A stretch of DNA of 64,000 nucleotides from Candidatus Limnocylindrus sp. ZSMar2m-chloro-G89 (GTDB lineage: Bacteria; Chloroflexota; Limnocylindria; Limnocylindrales; Limnocylindraceae). The notes under the pieces are model-generated. The model made no database searches, was not told the DNA's origin, and saw only the letters and a program-made list of their open reading frames with translations. A program made the position numbers and the translations under genes. Below are positions 1 through 9,369 of the stretch, piece after piece (within the stretch, counting starts at the first letter, position 1; every line of letters starts with the position of its first letter). Where the stretch lies: the NCBI GenBank assembly GCA_003670475.1, contig QWRJ01000004.1, forward strand, positions 622 to 64,621. The letters are read 5' to 3'.

Positions 1-402
1 TGTATGCATCACGAGAAGGTTAATCTCCCCCGCCGTGATCCTGTCGCCCTCCTGCAGGTCCCGCGTTGGAATCACCGCTGGGATGGGAAACGGCGCCGCC
101 ATCGGTCGCGGATCTTCTAGTCGATGCCGGTCGAGCGGATGTGACCCGATCGCGAGCTCCCGGCCCTCGTGCGTCCGAACGTGCGCTGCGAGTCCAGCGA
201 GCTCTCCCGTGTGATCCCAATGCCCATGCGTTGAGAGGGCGAGGACGAGTCGCCAGTTGCGCGTTGCCAACTGGGCAACAAGTTCGGCAAGCGATGGGAT
301 CGCAGGATCAATCACGATCGCCTCGCGGCGTGCCGTGTCGCCGATGAGTGAAACGTTGGTACGAAGCGGGCCGATCGGGAGGACGAGCAGCTCAACCGCC
401 AC
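1..402 (-). CDS. MBL-fold metallo-hydrolase (glyoxalase-II-like); 3' end lies outside the window
   Basis: My reverse translation from GTG (402-400) reads VAVELLVLPIGPLRTNVSLIGD...LSTHGHWDHTGELAGL. THGHWDH is the HxHxDH zinc motif. It is missing from the ORF track only because no stop lies in the window. Confidence 0.75.
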   Translation of the reverse strand, partial: MAVELLVLPIGPLRTNVSLIGDTARREAIVIDPAIPSLAELVAQLATRNWRLVLALSTHGHWDHTGELAGLAAHVRTHEGRELAIGSHPLDRHRLEDPRPMAAPFPIPAVIPTRDLQEGDRITAGEINLLVMHT

Positions 403-1171
403 GACGCTTCTCCAGTCGCCCTGCCGCCGGGCTGAATGAACGCGGATCAAGCTCGTCGCGCAGCGTCGCCTCATTGGCGCCAGTCAGTCTCAGAAGTTCG
501 GCGAGTAGCGCAACGCTCCGCTCCGATGCTGCAGCATCAACAACCGTCTGTTCACGTTGTAGAGAGCGTGGCCGCGGACGCTCGGTGAAACCAACCCGCG
601 CACCACCACGCCCACCGAGTGACGCTGCGTAGCGCAGCCCCCAGAGGAGCACTTCGCGTGGTTCTGCAGCAACAGCGGTGCCCGGTGATGGCACGAGTCC
701 CAACACGAGGCCACGATCACCAGGGAGCGTGGCGGCGGCGCGCCATGCGTCTGGATCACCGATCGGATCAATCAAGAGACTCTCTGCTGGGAGCCTCCCC
801 CACTCCGCCGCGCTAAGCGGCGCGATTGGTGCATCTACGGCAACGATCATCCGGTGGAAACCCTCGGCGGCAGCAAGTGCTGCGGCGAGCTCTTCGAACT
901 CCTTCGCGTTGTGCTGTTGCGCAGCGCTCAGGCGATCGGTGTGAATCGCAACGATCTCTGGCTGGATCGCCACAGCGCCACGCACCGCAGCAGCAAGGTC
1001 GCGACCTTCGTGATCAACAATGAGGTAGGCAGCCTGAACGCCCGCGGCACGTGCCTGACGTAGCTCCTCTGGATCGCTGGTGAAGTACGGCCCGCCGAGA
1101 CGCTGCACCAGTGAGAGCCGCTCTTCAAACGTCCCTGCGAAGGCGGCAGGCTCCAAGAGCGTAGCGAACAC
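392..1171 (-). CDS. hypothetical protein (259 aa)
   Basis: The ORF is packed between the rhomboid gene (2-nt gap) and the MBL gene (11-nt overlap). I recognise no named motif. Confidence 0.6.
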   Translation of the reverse strand: MFATLLEPAAFAGTFEERLSLVQRLGGPYFTSDPEELRQARAAGVQAAYLIVDHEGRDLAAAVRGAVAIQPEIVAIHTDRLSAAQQHNAKEFEELAAALAAAEGFHRMIVAVDAPIAPLSAAEWGRLPAESLLIDPIGDPDAWRAAATLPGDRGLVLGLVPSPGTAVAAEPREVLLWGLRYAASLGGRGGARVGFTERPRPRSLQREQTVVDAAASERSVALLAELLRLTGANEATLRDELDPRSFSPAAGRLEKRRGG

Positions 1172-1173
1172 GA

Positions 1174-2364
1174 TTAAATTGGCAGTTGAACGCGGAGCTG
1201 CGCCAAGCTGAACCAGTTCACAAAGATCAGCACGAGGAGCACGCTAAGGAGGAGTGTCACAGCACCCTCTCGCGTCTGGCTGGCAGCAAGGCCGCTCCAG
1301 CGGCTCCGCATCGACTCAGCTCGCGTTGGCGCAATGAAGACGCCAAGGAGGAGACCGAACACCAAGCCACCAATATGCGCCGCGTTATCAATGCCGCCAC
1401 CCGCAACATTCACACCAAGGCCAAAGAGCAGATTGATCGCGATCAAGCCGCCGATCTGGCCGAGCGCTGCGCGAACGCCGCGCTCAACGAGTGGCCGATG
1501 CGCCCACTCTGCGCCGAGCGCCACACCGAAGAGGGCGAAGACGCCACCAGAAGCACCAACGGATGGCGTGAACGGCGACCAGATCGCACTCGCGAGCGAT
1601 GCGGCGATCACGCCAAGGAGATACCAGAGGAGGAGTCGCTGTGCACCGTAGAGTCGCTGCACGAGTCGCGCGCCGAGATCCATGGCGAAAAGGTTGAAGA
1701 CCATGTGCAGCGGACTCCCATGGACGAGTGCAACCGTAAGAAGTCGCCACGGCTCAAGGGTGAGCAGATCTCCACCTGCCGCGTCAATCTTGATCAGCGC
1801 GAGCGGTTGAAGGAGTGCCGTTGAGGCGAGTGCGGCAACGGAGACAACGGCGGTGACGCCGACCATGGCGAGCGGGAGGACGCGCTCCCTCCCACCGCTT
1901 CGCGATCGAGAGAAGGCGAGTCGCGAACGCAGGCTACTCCCCCCTGTCTCTTTCGTGAGCCAACCAATTCGAGCGGCAATCTCTGCGCGTGCCGCATCAC
2001 TCGGCGCGTCGCGCTCGGCGCGTTGATATTCACTCAGCGCCTGTGGCAACTTGCCGGCTGTGACATACAGGACGGCAAGTCGGCGGCGCGCAACGAAGCG
2101 CACATCACGATCACTGCTGGTGAGAGCCCCCTCAAGGAGTTCAACCGCCTCACCGTCGCGGTTAAGTCGAACCAGCGCCTCGGCGGCACCGATGGCGGCG
2201 CGGCCTGCGAGAGAGAGTTGGCCAGTGCCTGCGGCGCGAAAGAAGTAGCTAAGTGCGAGCTCGGCGTCGCCGGCGTCCAGCGCGTCGGCTCCAGCGTCAA
2301 TCAGACGGCCAGCATCACTGGGGCTGATCGGCCCGCTCGACTCAAGTAGTTCGTCTAACTCCAC
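1174..2364 (-). CDS. rhomboid-family intramembrane serine protease with N-terminal TPR-like region
   Basis: The C-terminal multi-TM core carries GASGGVFALFG (catalytic Ser) and AHIGGLVFG (catalytic His). The N-terminal half is Ala/Leu-rich and helical-repeat-like. Confidence 0.85.
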   Translation of the reverse strand: MELDELLESSGPISPSDAGRLIDAGADALDAGDAELALSYFFRAAGTGQLSLAGRAAIGAAEALVRLNRDGEAVELLEGALTSSDRDVRFVARRRLAVLYVTAGKLPQALSEYQRAERDAPSDAARAEIAARIGWLTKETGGSSLRSRLAFSRSRSGGRERVLPLAMVGVTAVVSVAALASTALLQPLALIKIDAAGGDLLTLEPWRLLTVALVHGSPLHMVFNLFAMDLGARLVQRLYGAQRLLLWYLLGVIAASLASAIWSPFTPSVGASGGVFALFGVALGAEWAHRPLVERGVRAALGQIGGLIAINLLFGLGVNVAGGGIDNAAHIGGLVFGLLLGVFIAPTRAESMRSRWSGLAASQTREGAVTLLLSVLLVLIFVNWFSLAQLRVQLPI

Positions 2365-2385
2365 GAAGGGAGCGTATGCGATCCA

Positions 2386-2961
2386 CTAGACCCCCGTCTC
2401 AGCGCCACGCTCCGTAGCGGCGAGCCCAACGAGGAGAGCGTCAAACTCTGGCTCCTCAACCTCGGGACGCGGGATGAAGAGGGGTGGCGGCGAGCCTCCC
2501 CCAAGCACCGCCGATGCTGCTGAGCCGTCAGCGGGAAGGGGGTTCTTCGCAACGATGATCAGCTGCGCGCCAACAAACGAGGCATCCTCCGTCACCTGGC
2601 GAACAACGGAGGAATCAAGCGGGTCAATCAGCAACACCGTAGTGAAGCTCGTCAAATAGCGAAGGCCGAGCTGCACATCCCCCGCATCAACGGGAATGCC
2701 GCGTGCGGCGTCGCCAGCTGGGGTTACGAGTGCGGGGTCGCGCAACAGCGCAACATGACCGATCCCATCGCGCGAGAGGGAGAGGATCGCCTGATCACCC
2801 GCCGCATCCGCACCAACACGACCGACAAGCTCCACTCGTTCGCCGCGCCGGACAAGTTCAGCGGCGACACGGATCGCGAGTCCCCCAGCCTGGTGCACCC
2901 CGCTCTTGTCCGGCAGTGCCGTTGGGCTGCTAACGATCACGATCACTCCCTGCTCCGTCAT
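2386..2961 (-). CDS. PfkB/ribokinase-fold-like protein, half-size and probably degenerate
   Basis: GGLAIRVAAELVRRGERVELVGRVGADAAGDQAILSLSRDGIGH resembles the N-terminal GG...LG...VG.D..G region of PfkB kinases. At 191 aa it has no C-terminal DTxGAGD-type ATP motif. Its start overlaps the upstream stop (ATGA). Confidence 0.55.
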   Translation of the reverse strand: MTEQGVIVIVSSPTALPDKSGVHQAGGLAIRVAAELVRRGERVELVGRVGADAAGDQAILSLSRDGIGHVALLRDPALVTPAGDAARGIPVDAGDVQLGLRYLTSFTTVLLIDPLDSSVVRQVTEDASFVGAQLIIVAKNPLPADGSAASAVLGGGSPPPLFIPRPEVEEPEFDALLVGLAATERGAETGV

Positions 2962-4329
2962 GCGCCGCTCGCATCGCCGCGAACCTCTACGGCGAATCCG
3001 ACGTCGCGCAGCGGTGCGGCAACAGTTGCCGCATCACCAACGACCACGATGCGTTCGGTCTCAGCGTCAAGCGCCGCAGCAACGCGCGCAACCTCCGCGC
3101 CACTCACAGAATCAATCGCCGACTGGAAGCGGTCAAGTTCGGAAGGCTCAAGCCCCACGGCAACAAGCCCTGCAACAGCACCGGCAACTGGTGAGGCGGA
3201 GCCGAATCGCAACGGGAAGGTGCCGCGAAGGTACTGACGCGCGGCGTTGAGTTCGTCATCTGATGGTGGCTGCGGCGTCATGGAGGCAATCTGCGCGCGC
3301 GCCTCCACAAGCGCAGGTGCTGTGACCGAACTCTCCACCGCCGTGCGCGCAGTGAAGGGTCCACGTCCGCGACGGAACTCAAAGCCTGCGGCGGCACCGT
3401 AGGTGTAACCCTTCTCTTCACGCAGTACGCGGTTCAGGCGTGAGCCGAAGAGGCCGCCGAGCACCTCTGAGTGAATCAGCGCGGCGTAGAAGAGCGGATC
3501 GAGGCGGGAGCGACCGACCTTGCCGATGCGCAACTCAGACTGCACTGATCCGGGTCGATCAAGGAGGAGGAGTCGCGGTGCAGCCGCCGTCCCAGCGCCG
3601 CCGGCTGATGATGCATCCGCTGCAGTTGGCGCCGCTGGGGCTGAGGCGCGCAGTTGCGCGAGAGGACTCGACTCAACCGTGCGAATCACTTCGGCAGCTT
3701 CAAGCTCTCCGGCAATCACCACCGTTGGCACCCCTGCGCCGAGGAGCAGCGCGTGACGCTCCAACAGCGCATCACGACTGATCGCCGCCACGCTTTCGCG
3801 CGTCCCTCCCATCGGACGTGAGTAGGCGGCGGATGCGCCATAGATCTCGGCGATCAGCGCCTCACTGGCGCGTGCACGTGGGCTCGCCTGCGACTGCTCG
3901 ATCGCCGCGAGTCGCAGCGCCTTGACGGTCTACCTCGCGCTCGGGGACGCGCGGCGCAAGTGCAATCTCCGCGACTAGGTCGAGGATCCCTGCGAGACGG
4001 CTCGCTGGCAGCGAGGCGCCGATCACGACGCTCTCCCATCCAGCCTCTGCGCCGATCTTTGCACCGAGCAGTTCGCTCGCCTCAACGAGTTGATCAGCGT
4101 CGTGCCGCTCTCCTCCCTCAGTGAGGAGGCGCGCAAGCGCAGCGGTGAGGCCGGAGTTGCTCGCAGTCTCCAGCGCCGCCCCGCCTGGGAGGAGCAGCTG
4201 CACCGAGGCGAGCGGTCGCGCCGGCATCGGCAGCACGATGATGCGAAGACCGTTCGCGGTGAGATGCTCAACTGAGCGCGGGAAGCGGTACTCGCGTGGA
4301 CTCCCTGAACCAGGTCGCTGCGCGCTCAT
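2958..4329 (-). pseudogene. M16-family peptidase, non-catalytic partner subunit, interrupted by a +1 frame break near 3921-3932
   Basis: ORFs 3862..4329 and 2958..3812 are the N- and C-terminal parts of one M16-like protein. The downstream frame stays open back to a TAG at 3930-3932 and continues the sequence as VKALRLAAIEQSQASPRARASEALIAEIYG. Confidence 0.75.
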
Positions 4330-5621
4330 GCCGTCTCCACCGCAGCTTGCTCGACCGGTTCGTACCAGAGCACCACACGGTTCTCTGCAGAGAAGAGTGA
4401 TGCGGCACGCTGCACCGCGGCGGCGTCAACCGCCTGGTAGATCGCAAGGTCGCGATTGATACGACCGGGGTCGTTGAGGAGGGTGGCGTACATGCCGATC
4501 TGGTCGGCGATTGATTCGGGATCAGAGCGGAGTGACATCTCTTCCGATTCAATCAGGGCACGAGCTCGCTCCATCTCGTTCGGGGTTGGCCCCGTGGCGG
4601 CGAGTCCAGCGAGTTCCTCTAGGAAGAGCGACTCCAGCTTTGCGGCGTTCGCCCCAGGGCGGAGTGTTGCGGAGCCCACAACGAGTGACGCACCGCCAAC
4701 GAACGGGAGGACGGAGAGTCCGGCATCCTGCGCCACCTGCTCCTGGCGCACCAGACGACGCGTCAGGCGGCTGCCGCGGCCGCCAGCGAGGATCTGACAG
4801 GCGATCTCGAGTGCGGGGAGGTCGGGGCTCGCAAGGACCGGCGCACGGAATGCAAGGTGAAGACGCGGATCTGGAACTTTATCTTTCACCGTCTTACGAA
4901 TCTCACCGCCGAGTGGTGCGCTCAGTGCAAGGTCTGGATGCTCTGGGAGTTCGCTGTTTGCGGCGATGCCACCGAAGTGTCGCTCAACCGAAGCGGCGAT
5001 CTCCGCCTCGTCAATGTCTCCAACAACGGTGAGCACCGCATTGTTCGGCGCGTACCAGGTGGCGAAGAAGTCGCGTACATCCTGCAGGCTCGCCGCGTCG
5101 AGATCCTCCATGGAGCCGATCGTTGGGTGGTGGTACGGATGCCCCTTCGGATACGCGAGCGCGAGCAGCTCAAGGTAGGCGGTCCCGTACGGCTGGTTGT
5201 CGTAGCTGGAGCGCTTCTCGTTCTTCACCACATCGCGCTGGTTATCGAGGTTCGCCTGATCGAGTGCGGCGAGGAGCGTTCCGAGTCGGTCCGCCTCCAT
5301 CCAGAGAATCAGCTCCACCCATTCGGCTGGCACCGTGGCGAAGTAGTTGGTGCGATCGAGCCAGGTGGTGGCGTTCGCACTCCCACCAACCGACTCAATC
5401 AACGAAAGATGTTCAGCCTTTGAGACGTTTGCGGAACCCTGGAACATCAGGTGTTCAAAGAGATGCGCAAAGCCGGTGCGACCCGGTCGCTCATCCTTGG
5501 ATCCAACGTGGTACCAGAGGTTCACTGTTGCGATCGGTGCGGTGCGATCAACCACGGTGATCAGGCGAAGGCCGTTGGCGAGCCTGCTCTCCTTCAGTGG
5601 GATCGGCAGTGGATCAGACAC
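4326..5621 (-). CDS. M16-family zinc peptidase (pitrilysin-like, catalytic subunit)
   Basis: HLFEHLMFQG is the inverted zincin HxxEH motif. It starts at a GTG preceded by GGAGG, and it overlaps the partner gene by 4 nt. Confidence 0.9.
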   Translation of the reverse strand: MSDPLPIPLKESRLANGLRLITVVDRTAPIATVNLWYHVGSKDERPGRTGFAHLFEHLMFQGSANVSKAEHLSLIESVGGSANATTWLDRTNYFATVPAEWVELILWMEADRLGTLLAALDQANLDNQRDVVKNEKRSSYDNQPYGTAYLELLALAYPKGHPYHHPTIGSMEDLDAASLQDVRDFFATWYAPNNAVLTVVGDIDEAEIAASVERHFGGIAANSELPEHPDLALSAPLGGEIRKTVKDKVPDPRLHLAFRAPVLASPDLPALEIACQILAGGRGSRLTRRLVRQEQVAQDAGLSVLPFVGGASLVVGSATLRPGANAAKLESLFLEELAGLAATGPTPNEMERARALIESEEMSLRSDPESIADQIGMYATLLNDPGRINRDLAIYQAVDAAAVQRAASLFSAENRVVLWYEPVEQAAVETA

Positions 5622-5630
5622 GCGTGTCTG
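5615..5630. repeat. perfect 16-bp palindrome CAGACACGCGTGTCTG spanning the GTG start of the M16 gene
   Basis: Read directly from the sequence. The start codon occupies 5621-5619 and the SD GGAGG lies immediately upstream on the minus strand. Confidence 0.8.
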
Positions 5631-5636
5631 CCTCCG

Positions 5637-6026
5637 CTAGTTCAGCGGGATCAGGGCAAAGAGGAGCGCACCGAGAAGCCCAACGGCGAGCCCTTGTGCA
5701 GCAATGATCAGCGCGGTGCGGCGATCGGCGGCGAGTGCGGCGGAATCCACCACTCGCGACATGTTGCCGATCTTCTCAAGGTTGAAGGTGCCGGCGAGAC
5801 CGTACGCCATGCAGAAGCGTCGACGCGCTTGGATCCATCCAATTGCTGCGCCAGTCAGCGGGAGTGCAATGAGGAGGCGTGGTCCGAAGCCGCTCGGTGC
5901 ACCAAGTGCAACGAGCGCGACGGCGAGGAGGAGCGTGGCAACAAGGCCCGCTACAGCGGCACGCTTGCGGCGCGTGATCTCCTCAGGACCGATGTTGCAT
6001 GCGCCGGCTACATACTCAAGTTGCAT
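5637..6026 (-). CDS. small membrane protein (129 aa), hypothetical
   Basis: I trimmed the start to the ATG at 6026 (MQLEYVAGACNIGPEEITRRKR...) because the longer ORF runs into the carB stop. It has 3-4 hydrophobic segments. Confidence 0.6.
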   Translation of the reverse strand: MQLEYVAGACNIGPEEITRRKRAAVAGLVATLLLAVALVALGAPSGFGPRLLIALPLTGAAIGWIQARRRFCMAYGLAGTFNLEKIGNMSRVVDSAALAADRRTALIIAAQGLAVGLLGALLFALIPLN

Positions 6027-6042
6027 GGGTAGATTGTAGCCG

Positions 6043-9000
6043 CTACCGGAGTCCCTCGCCGCTGAGCGGGCTGATCGCAACACTCGCGAGTGAACGGCGC
6101 ACAGCGAGCGATTCCGCGGCGGCAACGGCGGTCTCCATCGTGGTGAGGCAGAGCACCCCCTCCTCCACTGCGGCGAGTCGAATCTCCAACGCATCGCGGA
6201 GGACGCCGCTCTGCGGCGACGGCGTATTCACCACCGCGCAGACCGCACCGGATCGGATCAGATCCACGATCTCTGGCGCGCCGCTCCCGCCGCCGCTGCC
6301 AAGTGGGGCGGCTGGCGACGCGCTGATGCCGATCGCGGCAAGCGCATCACGCGTCCCTGGCGTTGCGGCAATGTCGTATCCAGCCTCTACCAGCGGCTGC
6401 GCCAGTTGCGCCAGGAGCCCCTTGTCGCGGTCCGCGATGCTCAGAAGAACGGTGCGCTGCCCCTCGCGCGGTGGCGGCGGAAGGAGGTTTGCAGCGATCA
6501 GCGCCTTCCCGATCGCGTCGCGTGCGCTGGCGCCGATCCCGATCACCTCGCCGGTGCTCTGCATGAATGGCCCGAGCGTTGGATCCACACCACGCAGCTT
6601 TGCGGTGCTGAATGCTGGCGCCTTCACCGCCACGCCAGTCGGCGCAGATGCCACGCCGGAGCGGTAGCCGGCGCTCGCCAGCGTGTCGCCGAGCGCAATA
6701 TCCACCGCGAGCGGCACCATTGGGATTCCAGTCACCTTGCTCATGAAGGGCACGGTGCGACTGGCGCGTGGGTTCACCTCAATCAGGTAGATCCCCTCCT
6801 CGCGCACGATGAACTGCGCGTTCACCAAACCGCGGACGCCGATCTCGCGTACGAGGCGCGTGAAGATCTCGGCGACCTCCGCCTGGCGCGCTGCAGAGAT
6901 GCGCTGCGGCGGATAGACGGCGATTGAGTCGCCTGAGTGCACACCGGCGAGCTCCACATGCTCAAGGAGTCCAGGGATCAGCACCGTCTCGCCGTCCGTC
7001 ACCGCATCAATATCAATCTCAATCCCTTCAAGGAAGCGATCAATGCGCAGCGGACGCGCCGCAGCGATCTCGCCGATTCGTTCAAGTTGGCGCGTCAGAT
7101 CGTCTGGCGTGTAAGCAAAGTCAATCGCGAGCCCGCCGATCACGTATGACGGGCGCACGATCACCGGATAGCCGATGCTCTCGGCGAGCGCGAGTGCATC
7201 GACGCGGCTGCGGGCGAGGCCGCCCTGCGGCTGCAGGATGCCGAGACGATCGAGGAGTGCGGCGAAACGGACGCGGTCTTCTGTCTCGTCGATCGCCTCG
7301 AGGGATGCGCCAAGGAGCGGGACGCCTGCGGCGGCGAGTGGTGCGGCAAGATTGAGCGGCGTCTGTCCGCCGAACTGCACGAATGCGGGGAGGGTCTCCA
7401 CGCCCTCAGGTGACTCCGCGCGGATGATCTCCATGATCGATTCGGCATCGAGCGGCTCAAAGTAGAGGCGCGTGGAGGCGTCGAAGTCAGTGGAGACCGT
7501 CTCTGGATTACTGTTCACCATCACCGCCGACCAGCCGCGCTCGCGTAGCCGCTCTGCGGCGCGCACCGCGCAGTAGTCAAACTCAATCCCCTGCCCAATG
7601 CGCACGGGACCAGAACCGATCACCAGTGCCGCCGGTCGCGTTACAGGCGGCGCCTCGGCGGGCGAGCCGGCCGCGGCGAAGGTGCTGTAGAAGTACGGCG
7701 TCACCGCCGCAAACTCTGCGGCACAGGTATCCACCATTGCGTAGCCCGGAGTGAGGCCGAGCTGCGCGCGCCGCGTGGTGATGCGCGCTTCGTCCAGGCC
7801 AGAGATGCGCGCCAGATCTTCGTCGCCAATCGCCGAGCGCTTCGCCGTGGCGAGGAGTGAGATGGATGCTGGATCTGGTCCGATCAGCGTGCGCCCCGCC
7901 TCACGCACACGGCCCTCAATGGCGATGAGTCGTTCAAATTCGGCCAAGAACCAGCGTGTGATTCCCGTCGCCTCGTGCACCGCGTCTGCACTGACACCGC
8001 GCCGCATTGCGGCGAGGAGACGCCAGAGTCGAGAGTCAGATGGTCGGAGGAACTCTTTCAGCCCAGCGCCGCCGCGCGCGGCGATTGCGGCGAGTTCGCC
8101 GTCCCACGACGCCTCCTCCGCTGTGGGGCCGCTCCCCTTCTGCTCCATTGAGCGGAGCGCCTTGTTGAGTGCAGCACCAAACGTGCGGTCGATCGCCATC
8201 ACCTCACCCGTCGCCTTCATCTGACTCCCGAGGAGGCGATCGGCGCCAGGGAACTTATCAAATGGGAAGCGCGGCAGCTTCACCACGATGTAGTCGAGCG
8301 CCGGTTCAAACGCGGCCACTGTTGTCCCGGTCACCGCGTTCGGGATCTCGCGCAGGGTGCGGCCAATGGCGATCTGCGCCGCCACGCGCGCGATCGGATA
8401 CCCCGTCGCCTTGCTCGCCAACGCAGAGCTGCGGCTGACACGCGGGTTCACCTCAATCACCACGTAGTCGCGGTAGTCGGGCGAGAGGGCGAGCTGCACG
8501 TTGCAGCCACCCTCCACGCCGAGTGCGCGGATGATGTCAAGCGAGGCGCTGCGTAGCCGCTGATGCACAGGATCGGGAAGCGTCTGAACCGGCGCCACGA
8601 CGATGCTGTCGCCCGTATGTACGCCGAGCGGGTCAACATTCTCCATGGAGCAGACCGCAATGCAGGTCCCCTCTGCGTCGCGCATCACCTCATATTCGAT
8701 CTCCTGCCAGCCAACGAGGCAGCGCTCCACCATCACCTGGCCGATCGGACTGGCGCGCAGGCCGCTTCGGACGCGCTCCCAGTACTCCTCCTCCGTCACC
8801 ACAATCCCGCCACCCGTCCCACCGAGCGTGAAGGCGGGTCGCACGATTGCAGGGAGTCCGATCTGCGCGAGTGCCGTCTTCGCCGCTGCGTCACGCGCCA
8901 CTTGCGTCTCCCCCTCAACGATGGCGCTCGGCGCCGTTGGTTGACCGATGCGGTCACACATCGCTCGGAAGAGCTCGCGATCCTCCGCCATTTTGATCGC

Positions 9001-9369
9001 CGCAAGCGGCGTGCCAAGGAGGCGGATTGGATGTCGCTCAAAGACGCCAGCATCTGAGAGTGCAACGGCAAGGTTGAGTGCCGTCTGCCCGCCGAGCCCA
9101 GCGAGTAAACCTTCGGGCTTCTCGAACGCAATGATGCGTTCAATCACCTCAACGGTGAGTGGCTCGAGGTAGACGGCATCGGCAACGGATGGGTCGGTCA
9201 TGATCGTTGCAGGATTCGAATTCACCAGAATGGTGCGAATCCCCTCGGCGCGAAGTGCGCGACACGCCTGCGTCCCCGCGTAGTCAAACTCCGCCGCCTG
9301 ACCAATCACCACCGGCCCCGACCCAATGATCAGGACGCTCTTCGGCTTTGGCAACCGCGCGTCGCTCAT
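6043..9369 (-). CDS. carB: carbamoyl-phosphate synthase large subunit
   Basis: The 1108-aa product has duplicated ATP-grasp halves and an N-terminus typical of CarB (KSVLIIGSGPVVIGQAAEFDYAGTQA). It overlaps carA by 4 nt. Confidence 0.98.
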   Translation of the reverse strand: MSDARLPKPKSVLIIGSGPVVIGQAAEFDYAGTQACRALRAEGIRTILVNSNPATIMTDPSVADAVYLEPLTVEVIERIIAFEKPEGLLAGLGGQTALNLAVALSDAGVFERHPIRLLGTPLAAIKMAEDRELFRAMCDRIGQPTAPSAIVEGETQVARDAAAKTALAQIGLPAIVRPAFTLGGTGGGIVVTEEEYWERVRSGLRASPIGQVMVERCLVGWQEIEYEVMRDAEGTCIAVCSMENVDPLGVHTGDSIVVAPVQTLPDPVHQRLRSASLDIIRALGVEGGCNVQLALSPDYRDYVVIEVNPRVSRSSALASKATGYPIARVAAQIAIGRTLREIPNAVTGTTVAAFEPALDYIVVKLPRFPFDKFPGADRLLGSQMKATGEVMAIDRTFGAALNKALRSMEQKGSGPTAEEASWDGELAAIAARGGAGLKEFLRPSDSRLWRLLAAMRRGVSADAVHEATGITRWFLAEFERLIAIEGRVREAGRTLIGPDPASISLLATAKRSAIGDEDLARISGLDEARITTRRAQLGLTPGYAMVDTCAAEFAAVTPYFYSTFAAAGSPAEAPPVTRPAALVIGSGPVRIGQGIEFDYCAVRAAERLRERGWSAVMVNSNPETVSTDFDASTRLYFEPLDAESIMEIIRAESPEGVETLPAFVQFGGQTPLNLAAPLAAAGVPLLGASLEAIDETEDRVRFAALLDRLGILQPQGGLARSRVDALALAESIGYPVIVRPSYVIGGLAIDFAYTPDDLTRQLERIGEIAAARPLRIDRFLEGIEIDIDAVTDGETVLIPGLLEHVELAGVHSGDSIAVYPPQRISAARQAEVAEIFTRLVREIGVRGLVNAQFIVREEGIYLIEVNPRASRTVPFMSKVTGIPMVPLAVDIALGDTLASAGYRSGVASAPTGVAVKAPAFSTAKLRGVDPTLGPFMQSTGEVIGIGASARDAIGKALIAANLLPPPPREGQRTVLLSIADRDKGLLAQLAQPLVEAGYDIAATPGTRDALAAIGISASPAAPLGSGGGSGAPEIVDLIRSGAVCAVVNTPSPQSGVLRDALEIRLAAVEEGVLCLTTMETAVAAAESLAVRRSLASVAISPLSGEGLR

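Noticed and set aside
3865-3929. I considered programmed ribosomal frameshifting in the split M16 gene.
   Set aside because: There is no slippery heptamer or obvious downstream stimulatory structure at the frame junction. An indel or a genuine pseudogene is the simpler explanation.
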